A stretch of 60,000 nucleotides of DNA from Candidatus Woesearchaeota archaeon (GTDB lineage: Archaea > Nanobdellota > Nanobdellia > Woesearchaeales > UBA11576), in NCBI GenBank assembly GCA_043819495.1, contig JBDRET010000030.1:71463-131462 (forward strand), written 5' to 3'. The stretch's first letter is position 1. Every line of letters begins with the position of its first letter. The notes below the pieces were generated by a model. That model was not told the origin of the DNA. It was given only the letters and a program-made list of their open reading frames with translations, and ran no database searches. Below are positions 8,982 through 18,691 of this stretch, piece by piece. Made by a program: the position numbers and the translations under genes.

Positions 8982-10513
8982 CTTTTGAGCACCTCCTCTT
9001 CAAGGTCATAGTTCACTATCCCCAGCCGGTACATCCTGATTCCGAAGTCGATCAGCTCTTCAGGGTTGTTGACTGGTGCGCCCATGCTTTTGGCGAATCC
9101 GATGAGTCCCTGTCTCTCTTGTGGGGTCATATCGTCAAGCCTTCTCTCAAGTTCGCCCTTTATCTTCTCTCTCGTCGCGGCATCAAATGAGTCACTGCCC
9201 TGATCCCTCCCTCTGCTCTTGAGATCCCATGCGACTTCCCGGGCCAGCTTGTCGAATACCTCTTCGTTCTCCTGCAGGAAGTCTCTTGTCTTCTCGAATC
9301 CTCCGAGGAGTGTCGGCTCATAGTGCATGTACATCATTAGCTTGAAGGTCGCATTGTCTTCCTTGAGGAAGTGGTTCATCGTCATGAAGTAGAACGGGTG
9401 CGTGTAGAATGCAGGTATGTAGTGATCAAACGCTACATGCTGTACCATTGCAGCTATCTTCTCAGTCTTGTCTATGTTCTCACGCAGTTTAGCCATGTCG
9501 TATTCAGGGCCCATTGCAAAATTGAATCTCAGGATATCCTCATTTGCAAGTTCACTGTCAAAGTTCCAGAGGACCTTTGCAACTTTCCTGACATCATTGA
9601 GATAGCTATGGAACATGAAATGTCCGAAATCTTCTCTTGTGAGCATAGGCAATGATGCCCAGAGCTCAGCGTCGAACTTATTCAGCATGGGCCAGCTCTG
9701 GAACTTCGGGTTCCTGTGTGTCATCTCATGCACGAATATGGTGGGCCAGCCATTGATGTGGTCAAGAACCCTTGCTTTAGGGTCTATCGCTACAACTCCT
9801 GTGTTTATGTAGCACAACCCTAGTGCAGGTATCTCTCCAAAATAATACCTTGTAGGGATAAAATCCTGTATCTTGGTTTCTGGAGTGAACATCACATCTC
9901 TTATTGTAAGGCCAGGATATCCAGGGACAGCATCATCCAGCATATCTGCCAGCTTATCATCTTCTTTTAGCGCCCCTTCTTCTTTGAGCATCTTCTCCTG
10001 AGAGGTGATTATCTTATCCAATGTTTTTTCATAATCTTTCATTGCCAGGCTTGCACTGTGTTTCATGTATTGTATCTGGTCCTGCACGATGCATTCGAAC
10101 TCTTGTGGTGAATACCTGTCCATACCTGCAGCATGATAATGGTTGACACTATCATCTTCCTGCCTTACATAATTAGGGAATATGATTATCGTGCTGGCTC
10201 CATGGATCTTGCGTGTCACTTCAATTGACCCGTTAAGTGCATTATGGCTGCTTCCGTAAGGATACTTGGTCTTCATTGATTTGTATACCCTGTCCTTCTC
10301 AAGCATCCTCTCAGCTGGATCTGCAGGGGATTCCATCATGGTCCCGTCGGGTTCCTGAAGATATTTAGGTACACATTCTGTGTAGCGCACTGTCTTTGTC
10401 GGATTTGCCGCTTCCGCTGTTCCCATCTGTCCTGGAGAAATAGCGATGTAGGCTCCGAGTACCGCACTTGCAAGTCCTCTGCCTGCTACCTTTAGCGAGT
10501 TTTTGAGTTTCAT
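8978..10513 (-). CDS. secreted zincin-type metallopeptidase-like protein
   Basis: Signal peptide ending AEA-A; IFVHEMTH (HExxH) with a downstream E (DAELWA). Confidence 0.65.
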   Translation of the reverse strand: MKLKNSLKVAGRGLASAVLGAYIAISPGQMGTAEAANPTKTVRYTECVPKYLQEPDGTMMESPADPAERMLEKDRVYKSMKTKYPYGSSHNALNGSIEVTRKIHGASTIIIFPNYVRQEDDSVNHYHAAGMDRYSPQEFECIVQDQIQYMKHSASLAMKDYEKTLDKIITSQEKMLKEEGALKEDDKLADMLDDAVPGYPGLTIRDVMFTPETKIQDFIPTRYYFGEIPALGLCYINTGVVAIDPKARVLDHINGWPTIFVHEMTHRNPKFQSWPMLNKFDAELWASLPMLTREDFGHFMFHSYLNDVRKVAKVLWNFDSELANEDILRFNFAMGPEYDMAKLRENIDKTEKIAAMVQHVAFDHYIPAFYTHPFYFMTMNHFLKEDNATFKLMMYMHYEPTLLGGFEKTRDFLQENEEVFDKLAREVAWDLKSRGRDQGSDSFDAATREKIKGELERRLDDMTPQERQGLIGFAKSMGAPVNNPEELIDFGIRMYRLGIVNYDLEEEVLKR

Positions 10514-10631
10514 GATATTCTATATTGCCGTCTAGCGATTTATAATACTAATCCGTAGTATTTTTATCAGAACGCAAATATTTCACGACATACAACAGCA
10601 ATAGAAAATTATGCGCCGAAGTTATTACGGA

Positions 10632-11255
10632 TTAGCTCTCAAGTCGGACGTGATCCATCCCCATCCAGTATTCTGTATTGTACACGGCATCCTGATGCAT
10701 CTTTATGAAATCCCTGTGTCTGAGCTCTTCATTTGCAACAATCTTGAGGAATTCACTTATCTTCCTGTTCTTGACTTTCTTGGCCAGTTTCATGTACAGG
10801 TCATACCCATCTGTCTCGAACTGCAGTGCCTGATTGAACACATGGTATATTGCAGATTTTGTCCTGACAACTTCTTGGAGCTGTCTCATCCCAAATAGCG
10901 GATTCTTGAGCTTGGGCTGGGGCGAGTAACTCGCAGCGACTTTTGCCGCATCGGAAGTTCCTTTCTTCTTTTCTGCTTCGTATATGCCTGTGAAGTATTT
11001 GAGATGTACGTTCTCCTGCTCTATCAAAGTGTCCATAAGTCTTTTCATGTTGTAGTCATTTATCTTGCTCTTGACTTCTGTATAGAACTTGATCCCTTTC
11101 TTCTCTGTACTGATAGCTAGTTTGATGTATGTGAGGATATCTTCTTTTTTTGTAGCAGAAGGTCTTGCTTTCGGCTTCACTTGTATTGCCTTTGTCTTAA
11201 AGACATTTTTAGAATGACTCTTCACACTCGTTTTCTTGACAGCTTTCTTTGCCAT
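10632..11255 (-). CDS. ferritin-like/rubrerythrin family di-iron protein with a Lys-rich N-terminal tail
   Basis: Two E...ExxH repeats (TEKKGIKFY...EQENVH; FETDGYDLY...EELRH); GAGGTG RBS. Confidence 0.85.
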   Translation of the reverse strand: MAKKAVKKTSVKSHSKNVFKTKAIQVKPKARPSATKKEDILTYIKLAISTEKKGIKFYTEVKSKINDYNMKRLMDTLIEQENVHLKYFTGIYEAEKKKGTSDAAKVAASYSPQPKLKNPLFGMRQLQEVVRTKSAIYHVFNQALQFETDGYDLYMKLAKKVKNRKISEFLKIVANEELRHRDFIKMHQDAVYNTEYWMGMDHVRLES

Positions 11256-11321
11256 GCACTCCACCTCAGTGCCTGACTGGTATTGAGTGTTTAAATACTT
11301 TTTGTACTGTCTTTATGAGAA

Positions 11322-13067
11322 TCAGTCTAACTTGACAAAAGTATATCCTTGTCTGCGTAACTCAGGGAGGGCAAGCTCCAGCCCTTCTTTTGTGTTCCAA
11401 TTTGGGTGGTGCATGTGCATTACTACGATAGAACCTTTCTGCGCAGTCAGGATCTTATCCCGTATGAACTCTGCGGAGTTTTTGCCTGTGTGATCGCCTG
11501 AAACGACATCAAAATTGGTAAGAGAATTACCGTTCTGTTCTATCAGTTCTTTTGCTTCATGCTCAAACCATCCTGTTCCTGGCCTGTAGCGCGTAGGTCT
11601 GTTTCCGGTCAGTTCCTCTATCCTATCAGCACTTGCATCTATCTCGTGTAATGCATCAGCCTGGCTTCGCGTACCAGTAACTCCGTATGCTGATTTGCCT
11701 GAGAATGATAATGGTCTGTGTGACTCGCCATGATTCTGTATTGAAAACAGCTCTTCATGAGCCAGCTCTTGTGCAGCTTCAGGATTGCTCTTGATCCATC
11801 TGCCTGTCAGGAACATCGTTGCAGGTATCTGTTCCTGTTTCAGATAATCCACAAGTTCAGAGTCATATCCTTTTCCACCGCACGCGTCAAAAGTGAGTGC
11901 GATTATCTTTTCATCTGTGTCCAGATGGGTTGAAGGTTTGACAAGCCCTCCTTTACGTACTGTGTCATCGGTTATTGTGTGTAAATTAGTGTAGCTGGTC
12001 GAGCGTATCGGTGTCATCTCTGTAGTCATTCCAGGAGAAGTGATTTCTTTCTCTTTGACATTTTTCGCAGGCTCATATCCTCTGCTCATCCCGCTATGGG
12101 TGTTGCTCACTGCCTGTGGGGTTGATGGGGTGATTGGATGATAGCTCTCACCCGAAGACATCGCACCTCCTTTAGCTGTGGACAGGATCATTGTTGCAGC
12201 GATGCAAGCTGCTTTTGCTACATTTCCGAGTCGGGACAAGAAAGATTTTGACTCTGCAGGTTGTCGCTTATGGATCTTAGATTGTTTGATCGGTTCTTCT
12301 TCTCTCTTGTTTTCTTTTTTCAGATCATATTGTGATTTCGCCCGATTTATGGTATCGCGCATTGTCCAGAGTGTAGAGATGAAATCAGCAGCTATCTGTG
12401 TATCTTTTCCTATCTTTGACTTTATGTAAGAATCATTCTCCATGTTTGCTGCTATGTTCTGTAGATCCATTATGCCCTGTGCAGAGGTCTGTTCTACATC
12501 CACTCCTGCAGCATGATCCTTTATCTTCTTCAGCTCATTCCTTGCGTATGTCTTCTTGGCAGAATCAATCTTGTCGCGCAGCACCCACAGTGTAGACACA
12601 AAGTCTGCTGCAAGCTGCTTGTTCTTGCTCATCCGTGCCCGAAGATAAGAGCTGTTCTGCAGTCTGCTCTCAAGCAGTTGGAGATCAAGCACATCATCGG
12701 CAGATACTTCGGATGTTTCAGCGGAATACAGGTCTGATTTTATCTTTTTCAGCCTGTCTGAGTAGAAGAAATTCTCGCCTTTACCTTCAAACTCTTTGAA
12801 GAGATGGCTGAATTGTCTTTCTGGTGTGTCTTCTTTTATCACAGTCAGCTTCTGGCGCAGGCGGTCATATACTTTATTGGCCTTCTGCTCAAGCTTTGGT
12901 CTTGAACTGCGTTTATTGTCTACATAATCAAGCAGGGAGATCAATGTCTCTTCATCATCACAGCTTTCTATGTACTCTGATAATGCATCATACCTCTTAT
13001 CAAGGTTCCAGAACTCATCCTTTCCCTGTACTATATCGGAAAGTTCGCTATCATCATTGAACATCAT
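11322..13067 (-). CDS. membrane-anchored polysaccharide deacetylase (NodB/CE4) with a long N-terminal helical region
   Basis: ALTFDAC, PATMFLTG, QNHGESH, YRPG, IVVMH; hydrophobic segment AACIAATMIL; Ser/Thr linker. Confidence 0.8.
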   Translation of the reverse strand: MMFNDDSELSDIVQGKDEFWNLDKRYDALSEYIESCDDEETLISLLDYVDNKRSSRPKLEQKANKVYDRLRQKLTVIKEDTPERQFSHLFKEFEGKGENFFYSDRLKKIKSDLYSAETSEVSADDVLDLQLLESRLQNSSYLRARMSKNKQLAADFVSTLWVLRDKIDSAKKTYARNELKKIKDHAAGVDVEQTSAQGIMDLQNIAANMENDSYIKSKIGKDTQIAADFISTLWTMRDTINRAKSQYDLKKENKREEEPIKQSKIHKRQPAESKSFLSRLGNVAKAACIAATMILSTAKGGAMSSGESYHPITPSTPQAVSNTHSGMSRGYEPAKNVKEKEITSPGMTTEMTPIRSTSYTNLHTITDDTVRKGGLVKPSTHLDTDEKIIALTFDACGGKGYDSELVDYLKQEQIPATMFLTGRWIKSNPEAAQELAHEELFSIQNHGESHRPLSFSGKSAYGVTGTRSQADALHEIDASADRIEELTGNRPTRYRPGTGWFEHEAKELIEQNGNSLTNFDVVSGDHTGKNSAEFIRDKILTAQKGSIVVMHMHHPNWNTKEGLELALPELRRQGYTFVKLD

Positions 13068-13235
13068 ATTGCATGCACTATGAGAAAGATAGCAGTTTTC
13101 CCTTTTTAAATCTTTCGTTTTTTACTACTTTTCAAGGACGATATATCTGTCGACGATAGATTACAAAAATGTCACAGTATGTGGTGTTGTACCCTGATTT
13201 TCTTTATAAACAGAGTTATCTTATCAGGGTCTACT

Positions 13236-13427
13236 ATGACATATTCGTCTTGCAACTCAGGAGGGTCATGTGGTTATGGCTGCAGTAGCGGTCCAAGCTA
13301 TATGCATGACACTATGTTGAGCAGCAGCTATACTGGAAACAGTGTGCAATCATTTTCCCCTTCTGATGCTTATCAGAGAGGGACAAAGAGTGACTCGAGC
13401 TTATACCAGATAGTACGGGCAACTTAA
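13236..13427 (+). CDS. small Ser/Gly/Cys-rich hypothetical peptide
   Basis: 63-aa ORF MTYSSCNSGGSCGYGCSSG; TTTATAAA TATA box about 30 bp upstream; 11 bp before the next gene. Confidence 0.5.
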   Translation: MTYSSCNSGGSCGYGCSSGPSYMHDTMLSSSYTGNSVQSFSPSDAYQRGTKSDSSLYQIVRAT

Positions 13428-13438
13428 AGGGATACAAA

Positions 13439-14380
13439 ATGAGCTACGCACCAGGACCTATCAACTGCTATAGTGCAGCGGCATCAGGAAGATTGGATCA
13501 GGTAGTCAATAAGTTCTACATGAACGTGGGTGCAGTCAATATCAACAATGGCAATATCAACCACGGGATCCAGCATTCTATCGCAGCACAGCGCACGGGT
13601 GACATCCATGTGTACAATCAGACCATAGACAACAGGGTGGGTGTGCAGAACAATTATGTCCTTAATCTTGATAACAGGAAGATTGAGTTTGTCTCGCCAT
13701 ACATCAGTGATGGGAGCAGCCGTCCTCAGGTCAGCTATTCTGAAAGACCAAGCGCTTATCTTCTTTCCGCACCATCAGGTGCATATGCATCATCAGCTCC
13801 TGCTTATGTCAATACTATAACTTCTGGTCTCCTGAAGTCAAGACGGCCTCATACACAGTTCATAGATTCTGCTGAGGAGATAGAGGTCCTGGTCCGCCAT
13901 ACTTTTGAGAAGCTCACCGGCAAGGTATTTCCTGATGACATCGTGATAAAGGTGTGCAGTGAAGAGGAGATGAAGAAGGCGCACTCTGCGAATGGAGGAA
14001 GGTGGAGTCCGGGCATAATGGGATTTGCGATGAACAGGCATCCATTGCCGAGTTCAATCTTTGTGCGCAGGAATAATCTTGATGCATTGATGCTTACAGT
14101 AGGTCATGAGATCGGTCACGTAGTTGCGCCAAGACTCCCTGATGCTCTTGATGAAGAGGCAAAGGCTTTTGCTTTCGAGCTTGCCTGGGTAAAGACGATA
14201 GTCGAGAATGACATAGGTGGATTGGCAGACAGTTTCAACCCTGATTTCACTCCTGCAGCAAATGGTCTGCATGACAAGGCATTTGCGTTTGTCCAGAACA
14301 CGGTAAGGAAAGGGAAAGGAGCTATTGATGTATTCTTGGGATTGGCTAAAGGGATATTTACAACTTCTTATTTAGCATAA
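13439..14380 (+). CDS. HExxH metallopeptidase-like protein with a low-complexity N-terminus
   Basis: VGHEIGH followed by EEAKAFAFE. Confidence 0.7.
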   Translation: MSYAPGPINCYSAAASGRLDQVVNKFYMNVGAVNINNGNINHGIQHSIAAQRTGDIHVYNQTIDNRVGVQNNYVLNLDNRKIEFVSPYISDGSSRPQVSYSERPSAYLLSAPSGAYASSAPAYVNTITSGLLKSRRPHTQFIDSAEEIEVLVRHTFEKLTGKVFPDDIVIKVCSEEEMKKAHSANGGRWSPGIMGFAMNRHPLPSSIFVRRNNLDALMLTVGHEIGHVVAPRLPDALDEEAKAFAFELAWVKTIVENDIGGLADSFNPDFTPAANGLHDKAFAFVQNTVRKGKGAIDVFLGLAKGIFTTSYLA

Positions 14381-14381
14381 A

Positions 14382-14548
14382 CAGAGCCGCGCCCTACTTC
14401 GCTTTGCTCACACAGTTCGCAAAGCTCTCGTGCCGCCACGCACGCAGGAATTTGTCAAACGTGGTTTTCGCCGAAGGCGTACCTTATTTATTGATTATTT
14501 TTGATGGATCGCTAGCGTGCTGATCAGGCGGCAACGGTCGCGACTCTG
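14382..14548. repeat. structured intergenic repeat, copy A
   Basis: Nested inverted repeats cagagccgcg/cgcgactctg, gctttgc/gcaaagc, tgccgcc/ggcggca, gcacgc/gcgtgc; homologous to 33335-33487. Confidence 0.75.
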
Positions 14549-14632
14549 CGTAATGGCAAAATAGGGTGTGATTATATTGCTTTGACTCTACATTAGAAAC
14601 CAATTTATACTACGACAACCATATTATTTCTC

Positions 14633-14989
14633 ATGGAAACCAAACAGCAGGTAACCAAGAGACTTGTAGCAGGGGTAGTCATAATCATATTCTCATTTGT
14701 TCTGGGTAAGATATCATTGATACCTCTTTTCTTCCCTGGTGCTGCATGGAAGATATCTGCGGTATCGATCTACACTGCTTCATGGCTGCTGCTTGTTACC
14801 GGATTATTACTTGCAGGAGTCGAAGGATTCAGGCTTGCTACGCACAAGTACAAGGAATATCATCATAAGACTGTGCATCAGGTGAAGCAGCACAGCAGGA
14901 ATGCTGTCCGACACACAGCCAATATAATTAAACATCCTATAACACGATCCAAGAGGCTTGTCAGGAGAGCTACAAGGAAGGGCGAGTGA
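14633..14989 (+). CDS. small membrane protein
   Basis: Two hydrophobic segments and a basic C-terminal tail. Confidence 0.7.
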   Translation: METKQQVTKRLVAGVVIIIFSFVLGKISLIPLFFPGAAWKISAVSIYTASWLLLVTGLLLAGVEGFRLATHKYKEYHHKTVHQVKQHSRNAVRHTANIIKHPITRSKRLVRRATRKGE

Positions 14990-15099
14990 CTTTTCTGTCC
15001 CACTCCTGACCATGTTTACATATAAGTCTTTATAAATAAAGGGCGCTTTCTACATCTCATCTGGCAATATTGTCAGGATCATATGTACTGGAGGTAAAA

Positions 15100-15390
15100 A
15101 TGGCAATCAAAGAAGTCAAATCAACAAGACCTGAAGCAGTTAGACCTGCAGCTGGCGGAGCAAGCAAGGACGAGCAGGTAGGGTTCCACAAAGGAGCATT
15201 ATCAACACTTGCAAAAGAGAGGGAAGAGATGCTGAAGATATTGAGCATTGTCGAACAGCTTATGCAGATGCACGTCGCAGCGCTCAAAGAGCTTGGTGTT
15301 GACCTTGAGAAGATAGCAAAGCAGGCAGCAGCTTCACAGTCTCAGGCTAAGGGTGGTAAATCAGTATCACTTGAGAAATCACTCAGGTAA
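15100..15390 (+). CDS. small coiled-coil hypothetical protein
   Basis: GGAGGT RBS; T-rich terminator-like tract after the stop. Confidence 0.75.
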   Translation: MAIKEVKSTRPEAVRPAAGGASKDEQVGFHKGALSTLAKEREEMLKILSIVEQLMQMHVAALKELGVDLEKIAKQAAASQSQAKGGKSVSLEKSLR

Positions 15391-15562
15391 TTTTTATTTT
15401 TTAAGTTCAATTTTTTCAGTTAAACACACAAAAAAGGGCGTTTCTCAGTATAACATTCAGGTCACAGATGTCACACTATCGGATATTACATCAAAATAAT
15501 GCTTAAAAGCACAGTTCACATGATATGTTCCGGGTGGTGATTAAGTCACACCTAAAACGATC

Positions 15563-16243
15563 ATGAGGGATGATTATATGACACAAGAAAAACAAGAAGA
15601 TCCTGCAAGACAGGTGTATGATTCAGGAGTAAAGGCTGCAGCAAGGCTTGATAAGGAGTATGGACGGAAAGCGAACGTCATACAGAAGGCATATGAGGCT
15701 GCGGTAGATGAGCTCGGCTACTCGGATAAAGAGCTCTCGGATAAGTCAAAAGCAAAGAAAATCGCAAAGTTGATGTTCAGCGATAAGTATCTGGGCAATG
15801 CAGGATTCAACCCGCTGCTGAAAGAGAGTTCACTTTACCAGGACTTTGAAAAGAAAGATGATATCGAGAAAGGGCGTCTGTACGAGCACATGCTCGGGAT
15901 GAATGTCGACACTTTAGTCAGAGGGACAATAGAGCAGTATGGTGGTCTTAAGAGAAGCGGACTTGTCGCTGCAGTCGACAGGCATTATAACAACAAGGCA
16001 GCACAGCAGCTCATGGCTCTTGCATGGCAGAAGGCATACGATCCTGATAAGTCACTTGAGCAGAACATGAAGAGCTATGTGGATGCATTGAGCCAGGATC
16101 CGATAATATCAGGTTCTGGAGCAAAGATCAATCCAGGGAAGTTTGAGAGCATCGATGATGCGGCACATGCGCTCACTACTGCTTTCAGAGGTCAGTCCAC
16201 AAGGGACAGCTATCAGTATGATCATGGAGTGGATTTCAACTAG
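15563..16243 (+). CDS. hypothetical protein
   Basis: 226-aa ORF, 2 bp from the next gene. Confidence 0.7.
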   Translation: MRDDYMTQEKQEDPARQVYDSGVKAAARLDKEYGRKANVIQKAYEAAVDELGYSDKELSDKSKAKKIAKLMFSDKYLGNAGFNPLLKESSLYQDFEKKDDIEKGRLYEHMLGMNVDTLVRGTIEQYGGLKRSGLVAAVDRHYNNKAAQQLMALAWQKAYDPDKSLEQNMKSYVDALSQDPIISGSGAKINPGKFESIDDAAHALTTAFRGQSTRDSYQYDHGVDFN

Positions 16244-16245
16244 AG

Positions 16246-17292
16246 ATGATGCAACCAGATATCAGCTACAGGAAGATTGAAGAGGAGAAGAGACAGTCCT
16301 CAGGAGATTTCAGTAGTAGGTACTCTGCAGGGAACAGGAATCGTGAAGAGCTCGCTTACAGGATAGAGAAAGAGATCTCATCAGAGCTCCAGCCGCCATT
16401 GCAGGACATGATGTATGGTATGGCAAGGAGTCTGACAGACACGATATATAGTGCGAGCGCTGAACAGCAGTTCCCGACCAGGAAAGAGTCGATGGATTAC
16501 TTCGATAAGCAGTTCATGGGCCGAGAGATACGGCGTGTCAAAGGTAACCTGACACAATACGTGCGGGACGCATTTGGCACAGAGGATGACCGTGAAGTCA
16601 ACAACCTGCGCAGGAACGTGTACAGGAAAGTTGAACGTTATGGGCTTGGGGATATTGTCGATGAGGCACGTCCCTGGAAGAACACATTGCTTGACGATAA
16701 GATAGCAAACGCGACATACCTGAAGCCTGACAGCGTCGAGAATTCTCTTGCATCTGCACTATCCAGCTACAAGGAGATAATACAGCCTTCGCTATACGAT
16801 AGCATGAGCTCAATGATAAAGGAGAAAGCACCAGTCATTGCAGAAAGGCTTGCAGGTTATATGCCGACTCCTGCAAACAGGCTCAATCAGATGCTGCAGA
16901 GTACAGAAGGGATCACCAACTACAAAGAAGCGAGTCACGTATTTGAGAAGCAGTTGGTATATGGTGCGCTTGAGGCAGCAGGATTTGACAAGAATAAAGC
17001 TGCAGGTTATCTTGGTGATTCACTAAGGACACTTAACAGGCGCATAGAGGAACTGGGGATAGATGCAAAGCCACAGAAAGGACAGGCAAGAGAAGCAAAG
17101 GTAGTAAGCATAGAAGATTCTGTAAAGAGCAAAGACAGTGATAAAGCATCTGCACCAGAGAATGCGGTGAATGAGATGGAACGCTTCCAGCAGCTTGTGA
17201 TCCAGTACAACAGCAAAAGAGAATCAGAAAGGAAGCGAAAAGACATACTTAAAGACAAAGTGCGACATACTTCTATGAGTAAGGCTGCTTAA
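16246..17292 (+). CDS. Fis-type HTH protein (one intact and one interrupted Fis-like unit)
   Basis: FEKQLVYGALEAAGFDKNKAAGYLGDSLRTLNRRIEELGI; colinear similarity to 25904-26539. Confidence 0.7.
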   Translation: MMQPDISYRKIEEEKRQSSGDFSSRYSAGNRNREELAYRIEKEISSELQPPLQDMMYGMARSLTDTIYSASAEQQFPTRKESMDYFDKQFMGREIRRVKGNLTQYVRDAFGTEDDREVNNLRRNVYRKVERYGLGDIVDEARPWKNTLLDDKIANATYLKPDSVENSLASALSSYKEIIQPSLYDSMSSMIKEKAPVIAERLAGYMPTPANRLNQMLQSTEGITNYKEASHVFEKQLVYGALEAAGFDKNKAAGYLGDSLRTLNRRIEELGIDAKPQKGQAREAKVVSIEDSVKSKDSDKASAPENAVNEMERFQQLVIQYNSKRESERKRKDILKDKVRHTSMSKAA

Positions 17293-17418
17293 GAATCAGG
17301 CAGGTATATCCTTTCTAGGCTGTCTGTTTCTGGATCGGTTATGTTATTATTATCTCTGTCAAGTATGAACAAAGTTTATATAAGGAACAGCAGTAGATGG
17401 ATTCTAGAGATGACTGAC

Positions 17419-17639
17419 ATGAAAAAACATTGCTTTTAGGATTATCGATGCTCATGCTTCCTTCTGTTCTCGCAGACTATGGGGACATGATGGGCGGATA
17501 CGGGATGATGGGCGGAACAGGATGGTTTGGTATGTTGCTATTGGGCCTGTTATACCTGGCTATAGGAGCATTCGTGTTCTCAGTGGTATTCTGGTTGACA
17601 CACAACTGGCTTGTGAAAGGAAAACATAAGAATAGGTGA
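17419..17639 (+). pseudogene. small Met/Gly-rich membrane protein, frameshifted in an A6 run (or alternative TTG start at 17430)
   Basis: Adding one A to ATG AAAAAA CATTG restores the signal peptide MKKTLLLGLSMLMLPSVLA, followed by MMGGYGMMGG and a TM helix. Confidence 0.6.
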
Positions 17640-17643
17640 AAAT

Positions 17644-17892
17644 ATGACGAAAGATGGATTGAACGCACTTGCATTAGGATACGCATCAGCAAGCATCTCT
17701 GCAGCAGGTATGTTGCTTTTAGGCATACTGGGCAATATGGGCTTATACATTGGTGCTGCCGAGATGATGAGGCAATGGCACATGTTCTTTTCCCTCAGCA
17801 TAGGAGGGATAGTAGGCGGGATGATAGAAGCGGCAGTCATAAGTTTCGTGTTCATGTATACCTTCGGATGGGTGTATAATAAGTTCATCTGA
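17644..17892 (+). CDS. small membrane protein (DUF5676-like) in a copper cluster
   Basis: Hydrophobic 82 aa; WHMFFSLS...GGMIEAA. Confidence 0.6.
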   Translation: MTKDGLNALALGYASASISAAGMLLLGILGNMGLYIGAAEMMRQWHMFFSLSIGGIVGGMIEAAVISFVFMYTFGWVYNKFI

Positions 17893-17922
17893 GTCGCACG
17901 TTAAAAAAAAGAGGTTAAATAA

Positions 17923-18612
17923 ATGCACGAGTGGTTGACATTTTCAGCAATACTGTTAGGGATATGGTTTATACTATATATAGCTAAGCCGATACTTAGG
18001 AAAGAGATGTTCTGGGTTAGTTTGTTCACGATGCCTTTTGGCTTGACGGAGCCCTTGTTCGTTCCTGAATATTGGAGTCCGCCCTCTTTGTTCAATCTCG
18101 CCGCGAGAACAGGATTTGATATTGAAAGCCTGATATTCTGCTTTGCAGTAGGCGGAATCGGGGCCGTGCTGTATGAAGCTGTTTTCAAGGTAAGTCACCA
18201 GAAGGTGAGCAAGGAAGAAATACACGGCAAGAGGCACAGGGTCCATAAGCTCGCTTTATCATCACCAGTTATCGTATTCCTGCCTTTGTATTTCCTTACT
18301 AGCCTGAACCCGATCTATTCAGCAAGCATCGCAATGTTCATCGGGGGGATAGCTGCGATACTTTGCAGACCTGACCTAAAAAAGAAGATATGGATTGGAG
18401 GATTATCGTTTCTTATCCTTTACTTTGTGTTCTTCTTGTTTTTCAATCTTGCTTATCCGGGGCTGGTTCAGGAGGTCTGGAACCTTTCAGCGATTTCAGG
18501 AATACTTATCTTAGGAGTTCCCTTGGAAGAATTGATGTTTGCATTCACTTTCGGGATGCTGTGGTCAAGTGTCTATGAGCACGCATCATGGTACAAGTTG
18601 AAAAATATATGA
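17923..18612 (+). CDS. lycopene-cyclase-domain-like multi-TM membrane protein
   Basis: Two repeats ending DIESLIFCF and GVPLEELMFAF; multiple TM segments. Confidence 0.7.
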   Translation: MHEWLTFSAILLGIWFILYIAKPILRKEMFWVSLFTMPFGLTEPLFVPEYWSPPSLFNLAARTGFDIESLIFCFAVGGIGAVLYEAVFKVSHQKVSKEEIHGKRHRVHKLALSSPVIVFLPLYFLTSLNPIYSASIAMFIGGIAAILCRPDLKKKIWIGGLSFLILYFVFFLFFNLAYPGLVQEVWNLSAISGILILGVPLEELMFAFTFGMLWSSVYEHASWYKLKNI

Positions 18613-18691
18613 AATGGTGAGAGAAGAAACAATAGATGTAAAGAATACTAAATCTTAACAAAGCAGGCAGTTCAGGATCAAGGAGGGAAAA

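Noticed and set aside
14382-14548. Integron attC sites as the explanation for the structured repeats
   Set aside because: No clear RYYYAAC/GTTRRRY ends, no integrase, and copies lie beside housekeeping genes such as rlmH
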